From Lobosporangium transversale (taxonomy: Eukaryota): a stretch of DNA of 64,000 nucleotides. The position numbers and the translations under genes are program-made. The first letter of the stretch is position 1, and the number at the start of each line of letters is the position of its first letter. Below, piece by piece: positions 1 through 13,627 of the stretch. The stretch covers positions 124,001-188,000 of the forward strand of contig NW_019029006.1 of assembly GCF_002105155.1 (NCBI RefSeq), given 5' to 3'. The notes under the pieces were generated by a model. It searched no databases. It had not been told where the DNA came from and worked only from the letters and a program-made list of their open reading frames with translations.

Positions 1-3000
1 TGTTAATGGAATTAATATACTACTGCATATCAAACATTAAATGCAATGATCGCTTTTGTTACTGCGCAGATAACTCTTGTACCAGATGGTGTAAAATGCA
101 ATGCGTCTAAGTGTAGACACTTGCTCGCGTAAGCGGAATGAAGGCGCCATAGATTCGAAGCGTACGTCAAGCGCGGGCTGATATTCACGCAAGCAATGTA
201 CAAAGGAGCTATTGATTTGATGGGGCTCAAGCATGACGTGGTCTGTTGCTATCTCGAATCGTTCATTCGCAATCTTGAATGCCTCTTCTAGTTCATGTAG
301 CATATGAAGCCGCACAATATGCTCATATGCACGCTGGTAGGATTCCATGCTAGCAGCTGCTAAAGGTGCAATCATCATGCTCCTGACATGCTGTAAGTTT
401 TTTTCAAAATCAGACACTCGATTTTCGCGCATATCTAACAGCAACTGTCCAAGTCCAACGTCAAAACTCGCATGAACAGAACGAGAAAGTGCTGCTTCAA
501 GTGAATCCCAATTTTGCACCTTCCATGCTGACGAAACCCGCCATTCTGTAAGTTGCTGCTCCCAATCTGGATTGTCTTTTATGTCGCCTTCCACGGTAGA
601 TAACAGAGTGTCTATTTTCAAGGGGGAGAAGAGCGAGAGGCCATCATCAGTGTCACTGAAACTATTAGATAATCATTTAAATACACAGTGATTACGTTGA
701 TAAAAAACTTACTATAGTGTCCAAGGTTCTCCAGGCACTTGTAAAGACCAGCATGATTCTCAAATTTCTCCGGTTCTTCTTGTATACCAAGCTCATAGTA
801 CGATTGCGCTTCACTCCATCGCCCTGCACTTTCACATTGAAGTAGGTTTTGTGTTCGAGTGCCACTAGTAATCATGGTGGATATGCCCTCCATACCATCA
901 GGCTCTTCCATATGTACATAAATTTCCTGATACTTCTCATACATCGTCTGGACATCAGATTCAATGATTCCACGATTCTGTCTTGTCTCGCGAACGTACT
1001 GTTCATAATGCAAGAGCGCCCGGGCATAGGCTTTTGCACGAAACGCTGCCATTGCAATTATATCATTTGAGATCGAGGTGAGCTGAGCCTGGACTACTTC
1101 AAGAGCCGCAATATCTTGTTGCCGCATTGAAAAGGGTTGGGGCACATCGGCTGTCGTGGTGTAGCGCATTACAGATGATTTTGCGCTTAGGTTCTTAGCA
1201 GTTTGGATCCACTTCACGATATGGTCGTAAAGAGCAAACACAGTCTGCAATGGCAATGGTAACAATAATAGAAAAGATCAGAAGTAAAATAGTGAATTTG
1301 AAGCACCAGTGGGCTATATGGCTTAAATGAAAAAAAAAAAAAAAAAAAAACAACTCCTTTACCTGTGATCCAAGCTGCCTAAGCTCTCCTGAATGTTGCT
1401 GAATGGCTCCATGGTTTTTATCCGCACCGTCCTGCCTCCAGCCATGACCATTTCCAAGTACGGTACCCATCTCACTAACAATCTCTTCCCTGTCTTTGTC
1501 GGAGCCATCGACTAGCACCGTAAGGACAAGGTGAGGTAGGATATACAAACAAGTGTTGGTGTCGTATGGAACAACATGCTTACATGCTTGGAAGATGTCC
1601 TTTGCATATCGGCTTGTCACCTTGCCAATTAGATCTAAAACCCATGTTGTGATCCAATCCTTGAATGTCTCCACTCGGGGATAGAGGGGACTTGGGTGTA
1701 TTCTCTGGTAGGTTGATTCTGCTTTGGTATACTTGGCATCGATGAGTAGCTCCAGGACTTCTTGGACATGACGTGGAAAAGCTCTCCATCGGTCTCCTGG
1801 CGATTTTGCAGACGGCTGTCTTGCTGCATGCCCATGTGGCCTTGAAGGCTCGGCATTTAAAGCCCCTTTGGTGATGCCACAAAAGGCCAGTAGCGTCTGC
1901 AAGGTGTATGCCCAATGGGCCTCGGAATGAATATCGCCGATGGAGCGCGTCTTGCCTACTAGCTGTACCTCGATCATCTCACACACAAAGTTTTTTGCAT
2001 CCTCTGGATCATGAAAGTTGACTAGTGCAGGCGGAGTCGGAATCATTCGCATTGCTGATAATTTGGCAGGATCGATAGCCCCAATGATACCCAAGCACTC
2101 GACACATCGGCGTGGCACTGGGGCGTCCGAGCCTCGAAACCTCCCGATCCCAGTGAGAAGTGCATGGATTAGCTCCCTAAGGACAGGATCAATTTGTGGC
2201 TCCTTGGTAGCGACTAACGACAATAACTCTTTCGTCCTGGACTTTAGGAATTGTGTTAGTTCAAGAAGAGCCTGTTCTGCTAGTTCTTCATTCTCATTAC
2301 CAGAGCGCTTGATGAAGAGGCGAATCTGATGCTCAAAATCTCCATTTTCCTTAAGTGCCTGGATAAGATTATTCATCTCTAGAAATTCAGGGAGATTTGG
2401 AAGTGCACCCACTTCTGGGAGGATGTTCTGGAGACCATCTTGTTTGTGGAATACGAGATGCTCGAAAATTCTCAATATTACGCCCTTCTCCTTGGTGCTG
2501 GACTCACTATAGCGTTTGGTGAGTGTCTGAAAAATATGAGGAAGCATGACATCGAGCTGCTTGGCATCTACTAGGTTTACAATCCCATTAATAGCATGGA
2601 GTGCATGGATCCTCAGACCGCGAATATCTAAAGCGATGTTTAAAGGCGAGAATATCTAATATACAATCCCTTCTTTGTTGTTAGCGACATATTCCATCAT
2701 TTTCTGACAGGCTTCCAACCCATGAACTCATATGATTTGGATTTACCTGCGACAAGACCGAGCTCTGGATCGGATTGAGCATATGCACTAAAAGGATCAG
2801 ACTCCTAAGGGTTTTAGCCTTTGTTCTCAATGTCATAGTATTCATTCGGTCAAGAATAACGCTGTTGACTTCCGACATAATGGCAAGGACGTGACGCCGA
2901 AGGAATACCGCGAGAGAAGGTCGCTCGACAGCTTTCCCTTGAGCACCTAGCTTCATTCTTTTCCATGCATAACTCTCGACAATCTCAATCGTCGTTCTAG

Positions 3001-6000
3001 CTTTATCTCGCTTAGCTGCATCCTCATTACCAAGCTCAGCGCTTAGACAACATAAAAGTCCCTCTATCGATAGGGTTGTGAGCTCTACAATGTCTAGCGA
3101 GCGTGCTAAAGTGCCATCCATGTCGTCCTCAATCTGTATTATAAGCCCTCTCAAAAGCTCGATACAAGGCTGAAAGTTCTGTTCTTCCAGTTGTAAAAAG
3201 ATGGCTGCCAAAATATGGTCAATTTGGCGAATGCATAATCCTCCCACTTTCTCATTAAGAGCAGCAGCTACTTTTTCAATGAGGCTTCCACTATTCAATA
3301 GAATCATTTTTGGGACAAGTTCCGATAAGTTTTGCTGCAGGAATCTTGTTGAACTGAGTCCAGTCCATGGGTAAAAAACTGATTCGAGCCAACCATCCTG
3401 TCCAGCCTCCAGCTTTTGGATAACGCAGGCACAAATGAATTCCATTTGGGGCTGAACGAGACGGAAGTTGGAAATCCCTCTGTCCTCAGCTATCATGGAC
3501 AGCTATTAGGATGGCTCCATAAAGAAATGTCTTTGGTCAGTAAAAATAGTACCGTTTAGGCTTTGGAATATACATGGAGTTAACGCTACCTGGTCAAAGA
3601 TAAAGCCTGCTCGGATGAATATGCTTTCTGCAAAAGCCTGGTCGATTAATTTGATGACTAGCATATGATAGGTAGCATGGTCCTCAGGAAGGTGACGAAG
3701 AATACGCCGCGAGAGTTGAAGCGGCCATGCTCCCGTTTGGCCACGAGACAATGAAATAAATCCCCTTGCAATTACCTCGTAAATACGCGTCAAGCTCTCA
3801 TCGAAATTTGTCTGCCCTAGAGGATCATTCGCAAGAGCTACACCTGCTTTCATAGCTAAGCGCTCAACAACATCACTAACAAAAAAAAAGTCGGACCATA
3901 ATGAATTTTTAGAACAACCATATTAAATTAGCAATGATCACTTGAAGTTGGCTTGGCTCTTACGCTGCAGCGCGGCTGATGGTATTATTTCCGTCGCACA
4001 ATTGGTTTAACAAGTATTTGCCAAAGTCAAATGACCTCAGATCAAGAGGTTTCTGTTCTTCGTCAACAAAGTCAAGGTGACTGAACACGCGAGAGAGCCC
4101 TTGGAGGAGCGCCAGTCGAGACTCCATAGTAATTGACGTAGGGATCAGTCGCTTGAAAGGGTTCAGAAATTTGATCTCAAGACGTTCTGTCTTTGATACA
4201 GCATCAGGGCAGCAAACAACTCCTTCAGTAGATGAATCACAATCGGGACAGCTCCATTGTTGAATAAACATTGAAGAGGGAGGATCATATGTGAATTTGG
4301 ATCCAGCACTATTGTGAACATTGGCGAACCCGCAAGATATCATTCCCATACAATAAGAAAGAGCTCTTTTAGTCTCTTCGGCCTCTTCATCTAGATTTAA
4401 TGAACTAAATATGCAAAAGAAAAATATATTAACAATCTAAATATATTCCATCTTCGTTAGAAAACTGCCAGTAACGAGCCAAGTCGCACCTGATAGCGCA
4501 TTCTACAGTAGATCTTGCCTCGGGGCAGTGAGTACTTAGTACTATCAGAGCGTCGAGCGCCGCAGTCTTTAATTCGAAGGATAGCCTTTGAGCTTCATCG
4601 CGGGACTGGCTATTGCTCTCTTTTCCCTTGAAAGTGTTTAGAATAGCATGGCCTCGCCAGATCTCGAGCTCGGGACAGTGAGGGAGCGTCGACATGACTC
4701 TTAAAGCTTTTGGCTTTTGAGACTGAAAGCTCTGGCAGGATTGAAGCATTTCCGAGTTGCCTTGAAGACGAGTAAGGACTTCGTGGCCTTCCTGAACCCC
4801 ACAAATTGCCTTCACCAGTTGCTGTTCACCTAACATCCCGTCAATGTCCATGGTATCATTTGTACGTATCCAGAGTTCAGGTTTTGCAAGATCTGGGAAC
4901 CATGGCCCAGAAGCCAAACAGATGAGTAGCAACCTCATTTCGTTCCTAAGAGCTGATGAATTGCAAAAAGAGCGATAAATAAGGAGTGGCATTAGTATTA
5001 TAAGAAACAGAAGAAGGTAAGCATTTAAAATATCATATGGATACTAGATATGCTTACATATCATTGACAGTGGTGCTATGAGGTCTAGCATCAATGGATA
5101 CGATGACTCAAGATATGCATCGTTTAAGGCTGCATTCTGCGGTATTCGCGTCAAGCAGAGAACAGTTAGAGTTTGGAGAAAATGCTGATCCTTAGAAGTC
5201 ATCCTTGGGGAATACAATATTATTAGTATTGATATACCAGAGGTAACTATGACTTACCTGCATACCAGGGCTAAGTGACCATGTAATATAATTCCTCCCA
5301 ATCTTTTCCACAAGGGCAACAAGTTGTTCGACATCCTTTCCTTCTTCTATAGATCCTTTCTTAAGGGTAAACATCGCCCAGACTTGAACGATAGTAGCAC
5401 AAGATTTAAGGTCATCAACAGTGAGAGGAGGCTATAATAGATTGTTAAAATGGCAAAAAACATAAGCGTTACTGATATTACTTAGTACTCTTGCAGATAT
5501 CCCTGACTTAGTTTTGTACCTGGATTCCACGTGATCCTTGACTTGTCGTTTGGCTAAATGTTGGAGTGTTGACAAGCATCTTCAGCATTCCAAGCAGCTG
5601 TGTTGAAGGTGAACGCCGCGGCAAAACTTCACTAGGCTGATACATGCGTTTGTATGGCCTTTGTGAAGGCTGAGAGTATGAGACTATACTAGAGCAGAGA
5701 CTTGATTCGATTGACAGCAAGTCAGGAGGACTATCCCTCTTTAAACGTTTGCCCTTCATATCCAGATTCCTATGATGAGATTTGGGTGTAATACCAGCAA
5801 CAGCAGCAGAAATAAGATATGTAGATCAAAAAAAAAAAAAAATGAGCTGCAGAGAAATCTCTCATTAACAGGCATAGACCTAAAATATACGGCAATCGAT
5901 ACACCTAGATCAATTGAGATCCATACCCATTTTGCATCTGGTCTTGATCAAACTCATCAGTGGATCTCTTTGCGGACGACGCGAGTTCACGTGCAAACGT

Positions 6001-7875
6001 AACAGGTGTTTTGGGACCGGTTCCTGTATAATTGTCATTCCAAACATCAGATCCACGTACATCTCTCCAGTACTCCAGAGCCGAGAAGATAACTCGGACT
6101 AATATGTCTAATTCCAAATGCTGAAAATGCTTTAAAATGTAATCAACTGCTCCCAACGGGTCACTAAATGCACCTGATGGTATCAATCTATGTAACAGTA
6201 AGAAGAGTACTCGCTATGGCAGCAGTCAGGCAATAAGGTCAGACATTTGGCCATTTATTTTATTCAAACTTAATGTTTTTGTTAGCTTATATTTATTTTG
6301 CTAACAATCGTTCCTCAACTTACCTGCACCCTCACGCCGCTTGCATCCTCACTTAACAAAAGTAGCTGATCAGAAAAGAGTAGATTAACCGCCAGCGGCC
6401 GTATTTCTTGAATGTTGCCTGTATCTGGAAATAATTCAAATGCACGACTTAGAACTTCAGTCAAGCTCTTGGCAAGAAGATCCTCAAGCGCTGCCATCGC
6501 TGGTAATTCCTTCCGACAGTCCTTGTAATTAATAGCTCGTGGTTCTAAATCCTTGGTGAGCGAAGCATCGCCTTCAACCTTGACCTTTAATGTCTGTTGT
6601 CGATTGACAATCCCTATTTTCCATTCATTACATCGATCCGCAACTGTTGTGACATGATGATGTAAAATGACCATAAGAGACCTCGCTAAAGATGGAACCA
6701 AGCGTGAATCTATATTTATGAGTTGAATTGTTTGAAGAACGCAATGGCTGCACACTTGGTATAACTGCATAATTGGTGCAGAGCCCATGGTTAATGTGCG
6801 ATGACCATTCAGATCTTTCTGTGCAATAAACCCATTTGGAAGAAAAGTCTCAAGAAGGAGACGGACGACTGCCAGCAGCTCCATCTTTAAGTCTTCATCA
6901 GCTTTGTTTATCGGCCAGCCAGTTGAGTCACTTTTAGGGCTGACGAAAGAGATCAGATAGCATATGACTGTAATAGCGTCGTCTAGGCTCCCGAGCCGTA
7001 ACGTCATCCACGTTGGGTCAGACTCCTGGCAAGGCAAGCGTCTGAAAGTCGACATTTTGATGGGACAATCGCACGGGAAAACCACGTCTTTCTGCCTTAC
7101 AAATGCACATATCTCTAAAAATGAACGTAGTGAAATGATTTATATTCAGCTAGTTTTCAGCTTAGCAACTAAGGTGCATATCAAAATAAAACTTTGTATT
7201 TCGCATTTACCAAGTACAATCCCAAATATTGCTCTATCAAATGCACGTATTCTGGGGGGTATGCTCGGCACTGTTACAAACATACTACCTTCCTCTGACA
7301 TGGACAAAGAATTCCTGATCACTTGTAGGCCCCTAATAACGAAATCACGATGAATTCCTGCCAGTGACGGGACGGCGAGAAGGGGTATTAAGTTCGCGAG
7401 AATTAGCCATTCTAATCTCTGTCGTGGTTTGTCCAAAAGAGACAAAGGCACTGGATGTTTATCTAAAGCAAATGCTTTGCGCGCATCTTCGTCCGATGCA
7501 ATGTTGATCATAGAGCGGAGAGACTCCGTTATTGTCTTCAGCGCTTCTGGGCCAGTTTGCATGCCTGGAAAAGAAAAATTCCAAAAAAAATAAATAAATA
7601 AATAAATAAAGAATAAGTATCAAATAGCATAATAAGAATGCACAAGCATTTCTTCTAAGACATTGCTGTTACCATTGAGCATTGCAGCCAAAATAGGCCC
7701 CACGCCTCTTTGGGCATCCTCGCATAACAACTGCAACCCGGCATGGACTATTGGGATTGAAATTTGAGCCTCCATGTCATTGTGCGCCACAACATTTATA
7801 TCCCCATGCATTTATCTCAAATCTATGAAACATACTATTGCCCGAGTTATCGGTTGAATGTCTGGCTGTAGACAT
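1..7875 (-). CDS. MEC1: ATR/Mec1/Rad3 PIKK checkpoint kinase; multi-exon, N-terminal HEAT/UME to FAT region, 3' kinase domain outside the window
   Basis: Chain of minus-strand ORFs joined by GT-AG introns. FAT-region motifs AAFRAKAYARALLHYEQY, EPDGMEGI, GRWSEAQSYYE and CVECLGIIGAIDP; YILPHLVL. Probable ATG at 7875 (MSTARH...), spliced to HAGLQLL. Confidence 0.88.
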
Positions 7876-8153
7876 GATGGTGCCTTTATTGCGTCCTTTT
7901 AATGCCCAGGACGGTACGATCGAGGGTCGATGTAGGCGAAATGTCCGTAGGTCCGTAATGCAATGTTACTTGTGAACCAGGTTTAAAATGACCCTTCAGT
8001 GACTGTCTTTTATATATACCATTAATTACGAGTTTTGCAATTGAGTTAATTATCATAATGATGATAATTACCCTATCAGTAGTTTGGAAGGAATGGAATT
8101 GACTTTCTTTTTATTCTTTGAAGGCCGCATTACTCTTCTTTTTTGCCAAAAAA

Positions 8154-10098
8154 TTATCCACCGGCTGCATAGTATGCAAAGCGTCCAGGAGCATTTGGAT
8201 CACCAGGTAATCCTTCCACGGGCGGCTGCCGGTTGTTGCCTTGGTTGTTGTTGTTAAGGCCATGTCTATTGTTTAGGTTTTGGTTCTGGTTTTGGTTCTG
8301 GTTTTGGTTTGCAAACCTGAATTGTCGAATGTACATCAAGTATCCAATGACCATACATAGCCCAATAATCACTAATGACTCTACCAAATCGTCCTCAAAT
8401 TCTCCATCGTCCTCTCCATTCAGCCTTTGTCGGTGCTGGTGATAAAATGGGTCTGTCTCATCATATTCATTAGCCTCGTCCCCAGGGCCTGTTTGCTTCA
8501 AATTCCTCCATTTGTCGATCCCATTTTCACTAATCTTGTCAAGATCCCAGCTCTCATCCGCTACTTTACCAGTGTTGTCACTTCTAGCTCGCGTATCTAT
8601 AGCATCTTGAGCACGGTTATCAGATGTCCTTAATCCAGAGCCTGGGGACGAAGGTGACTTCCCACTGATTGACCAGAATGAGGAATCCGAGCCAGTATCT
8701 CCCCCTGTCAAGTAATTCCAAATGTATCGTACGTTTAATTTTGCAAGTGAAAGTGTTACTGGTAAGCTTGCCCCTGGGTTTGTCGTCAGTGATCTATCGT
8801 ACCATCGCTTTGCGAGATGAAAATCCTATATTTCGTTATTATTAAAAAAAAAAAAATAATAATAAAAAAATGAGTTGATGTACCAAGGCTTCGGATAAAG
8901 ATACTAAATAAGGTCGATCCCTTAACTTTACCTTTGCGACACCAACACCATTTTCGTGCATCCAGCCAAGGTTCCACATTGCCATTGCGGAATTCTCTAG
9001 ATCGGCAGCGACCTGATAACAGGAAGTAGCTTTCTTAAAATCCACCTCAGTACCAATGCCAGTGTAATAGTAATCGCCCATTTTGACTCGTGCGTCCACA
9101 TCACCCTGATTCGCAGACCTTGTCCAATAAACGAGTGCCATCTCCAATAGTCGCGATGGAGTACCTAGGCTTACGAGCGCAGATTCAGCAATTGCGGCGA
9201 GTGCGGTCCTTGAAGGCGATGTTAGCATATTCATATATCGAGATGTAGGGAGTTCTATTCAGACATAAATATAAGATAGTTAAAAAAAGCTAAGCATGAT
9301 AACTCAGGAAACACAATGGGTACTCAGAGACTATAGACTGATTGGCCTAATGTGTGCAATAGAACTCCTCAACCTACCTCGATCAACGATCCAAGCAAAG
9401 TTCGACTGTCCAACCTCGATCCCACGCTCGGCAACCTGAAGGTAGCCAATAGCAGCATACTCAATATCACCAGTCTGATAGGCATCATACGAGTCTTGGA
9501 AAAGTCTGTCGCCCCAGTCCCCTCGCTCAGCGACATATTTGAAATACTATTGATTGGGTAAATACGGCAAGTATCAGACCCCTGAGAATAAGAGAGCGAT
9601 TGACACAGCCATACCAAAACAATCCCTATTAACACTTACTCTAGCAGCTTCTTCGCATTTTTTGCTGACTCCCAAACCATAAAAATGCATTTCTCCCAGA
9701 TGATACACAGCCTGGAAATTCTGTGCCTGTGCCGCCTCGAAAAAATAGTTAAATGCCTGAGTATGGTGCTTCGGGTCATCTGTATACGACAATCAAGAAT
9801 AAGCAAGTGTTAGTCATTAAAAATCAATGCTTCCAACCACCATTCGTAAGCTTGGTAAAGGCAATAGAGACTTACTAAGGTAGATCAATCCCATATTAAC
9901 CTGTGCATCTGGGTATTTGAGATCTGCTGCCTTCTTGAAGTACTTAATCGCCATCTCATGATCAACTGGAAGTCCCGCAGCACCTTTCATGTACATAGTT
10001 CCCAGCGCGTTGAGAGCTACTTGATTATCCTAATAATACGGAGAAAATGTCAATAATGCTTAAATCATACAAGCATAACCATCATCCCTTATGGAAGG

Positions 10099-10135
<37 letters not shown>

Positions 10136-12095
10136 CATTAAAGTAAATGGATAAGACCATATTACCAACATGGCGCCTTTCTTAAACCAGTTGAGCGCCT
10201 GCTGCTCATCCACCTCGTATCCTTCGCCACGCCAATACATTTTCCCTAATAAGGCTGCAGTGATACCCGCCGTGATGATCATGTCTTCGATTTCTTTGGT
10301 CCTTGGCTCCTTAGACTCTAAAATACTGTTTGCTTTTCCATTGAAGAAAGCATCTGCTACACGCCTAAAATACATCCCCGCCTTTTGATAATCGCGAGGG
10401 ATGGTGGTCGTAGCTCCTGCATTGCCAGTATAGAAAAGAATGCCAAGTTGATACTATTATACATAATAAAGGAGACATGTCAAAAAGATTGCAAACTGTA
10501 ATATCGATTGCTGCCTAAATAAATAGAGCACCTTTTTTTCTGTACCTGTGCATTTCTGGCCTGAGCATTCTGACCTTCAGCAATAAAGCGATGAAACTCA
10601 ATAAAGTCTTGAATATCGCTATTTATGTTGTTCTTTGATGGCTCCCCTGGCCCACTTGCTCCTGCGCCATAAGTGCCTCCTTCAGAATCGGTCAATCTGA
10701 CTTTAATCGGAGGCATAGTCCGTCCCAGTGGGGGTCCACTCATATACATTGCATAAGCTAAATTTAAATATGGTGAAATATGAAATATTAAGATATAGAA
10801 CATATTAAACAAGGCAATAGAGGGTAGCCTACGTGTATGTATTAACATAATAGCCATACCTTTATCCGCTGCCCGCTTATAGTAACTCACTGAGTCTTTA
10901 CAGCTCTTTTTAGTCCCAATGCCTAACATGTACTTGTATCCAAGAGTTAATTCTGCAGCCGTGTTGTTACCCAAGGCGGCGAAAGTGGTGTAAAGGACAG
11001 CCTTGGCCTCGTTGCGCTCTACAATATTGCCAAGCCCAGTTGAATACATAAACCCAACCATTTGTTGTGCCGTTGCATTTCCAGACCGATCAGCCAGCGT
11101 CGCATAAATATCAAAAGCTTGAGATAGATCGCGCTTGGCCTTATAATACCCATGCTACATAACGTAAATACAGAAATATGTTGTAAGTGGTTTCTTTATG
11201 AGTTATTAAAAATATGAATGTATGTCGTCCACTTTTTTAAAAAAAGTCCAAAAAATCTATTTGCTCACTTACAAAGAAAATATTGCCTAGAGTCCAAAGG
11301 GCGTCGTCATTATCATACTCATATCCAGCCTTTTGTAGCATCTCCATTGCCATTGCGATCGTCGGGTCCCTATGCCGCTGAACGATCGGTGCATTTGCCT
11401 TTGCGTTAGAATCCTGCTGTGTTCTTTTTCCCTTCTCCATTGATGAAGATGAAGATGTAGTAGAACTATCTTCAGGGGCTGCAGCCGGTTTGAAAAATGA
11501 CACGAATCCTTGTGTAACCAACCGTAATGCTGTTGGGAGAATCCCTTTTTGTTTTTGCAATTCATTCGATAAAAAGGTCCTGGCAAGCGACGACTGCTGC
11601 TTGACAAACATACGCTGATTAATCTTGATGGGAGACGACTCCAGAAGTTGGATAGCTTCTCGATACAGTTTTTTGCCTATAGTGAATAATAACCGTTGAC
11701 CATTAATCCTACGGTAGTAGCCAATGTAAACCACCGTCAAATAGTTTAAGCAGTGATTGTACCTGTCTCAAGTCTGTCCTGAGAATCTGCATAGTCCTGA
11801 AATTTTTCAACACCAAGATCCAATTGCTGAATTCCAGAGTCAACTCCATCTTGAATAGGACTGTTGGCACTCACAACCAGAGTGATAGCCATCAGGACTG
11901 TGAACATTAAATAAAATAAATAAGTAAATTACTACTGTCCACGGTTTGTATTGTCTGATTTCTGTCTAGCAACTTCAAACAGAGATTCATAGGCAGTAGA
12001 CAGTGGCAGCTTTGATACACAAATGCAGCTAGAATGCCGAGCCATTTACCCGTAAAGCCTAAGAGTGCTCGCTTCCGAGCAATCTTTCGTGTCAT
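8154..12095 (-). CDS. HRD3: ERAD Sel1-repeat protein Hrd3/SEL1L (multi-exon)
   Basis: Spliced signal peptide (LLGFTVLMAITLVVSA). Sel1 repeats (MVGFMYSTGLG, YWTRSANQGDVDARVKMGDYYYTGIG, AMWNLGWMHENGVGV). C-terminal TM helix (LVIIGLCMVIGYLMYIR) and a short cytosolic tail. Confidence 0.9.
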
Positions 12096-12913
12096 TTAGC
12101 CAACCACTTGCTCTTGTCGTAATGTTGTAACGTTGAGTAGTCTACGTTGCACTGCTTTTGTTGCTTGGGCCTATTCAAATATCCGATGGGAGGAGTTGAG
12201 TGGGGTAACGTTGAAAAAGTGATAGCTCAGAGCTTAGCTGTGATGCGAAAGGTAAAATAATGATTGTTATTTTCGCAAAGCTGATTGACCCACCCATTGA
12301 ATGAGCAACATATTACAATTCTGCGGTGGCACTCTCGTATTCGCTGACATCGGTTATTCGTAAATGTGACTGTGTTACTGATTCAGTTTCCAATCAAAGT
12401 CGGCTTGCGCCCAAATTTTCATTCTGCCTCACCTTGAATACATCGATATCATATATTTATTTATCGTAGGATATCCTATGCTAAGTATCCTTCTAGGCAT
12501 GTTCGGCCTCATTCTAGTTTAACATTTGGTCACCATGCCTGGAGCATTCAATGCATCTGCATGCGAATTTAGACGTCCAGAGCGCTCCTGCTCGAGACAT
12601 GGGGGAGGCTTGAGCACAGTCCAATAAGACGCATTGGCGTTCTACTTCAATATTATACTAATACAATCATGGGAATTTAGTTAGAAAATTGGCACCGTGA
12701 TATGTCTGTATGCTGGCATCAACACGTTCACTGCTGCTCGAAGGAGATTGACCAAATCCCAGCTATTCAAACTAGAACCAACGCATTCATATCTTTAAAT
12801 CCAGACTCGACGACTAAAACTCTAAAATGCTTGACATTTCTGGGAGAAACTTTACAACTCTGATGCAAGTTAGCTATATGCTCCCCATGGCTTAGTTGAT
12901 TAGGAAAAGGGTA

Positions 12914-13169
12914 CAGTGGAATCTCGATAATTGTACACTTTTGTACAAATTTCAAATTTGATATATTTCTAGGCCATTGGTTGGCTAAGAGCCTTACTCT
13001 TTTAAAAAAAAGTATTCTAAAAAACCCACACTCAACTGGAGTAGGGGAATCGGCAGAGGATTTTTAGAATAGTTTTTCATGAATTGTGGGCTTCTTAGCC
13101 AATCAATAACTGAGAAATATAGCAAATTCGTAAATTGTACAAAAGTGTACAATTATCGAGATTCCACTG
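12914..13169. mobile_element. Non-autonomous Tc1/mariner-pogo type MITE, 256 bp, TA target-site duplication
   Basis: Perfect 35 bp TIR CAGTGGAATCTCGATAATTGTACACTTTTGTACAA (12914-12948) with its reverse complement ending at 13169. Flanked by TA at 12912-12913 and 13170-13171. Imperfect inverted symmetry continues ~110 bp inward. No transposase. Confidence 0.9.
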
Positions 13170-13627
13170 TATCAACTGTTCTGAATAGCCTATAGTCCTC
13201 ACATCCGTGAGTACATATCAGAGGAATGTATTACGAAGGGCCTAAAAATCGTAGAGATCACAGCCCCAGTTCTGTTGTGGACTAACCGTGGCCAATAGGA
13301 TCACTGCTGTGTTTGCTTGCGTCGGTTAAACATTGCCTGAGCATTCTTATCGAGCATTATCTTGTATAATTTCTTCACATGTACATTTCGGTCTTGAAAA
13401 ATGAAATGAAGTCTGTGCAACCAGTATCCAGTTGGTACAGCAGTGCAAAACAATGTTGTTACAAACTCATAATGAATCGAGCGAGCCCATTCCAAGACAC
13501 CCTTGCGACGAATGGGATGATGGCGTTTCTCTTCATTCTCATTTTTTTGTCTACATCTGCTCGTCTTAACGATACAATTGCTTTTCAACTTTGTCTGCTA
13601 CCAAGAAAATCAACAAAATAATTTAAA

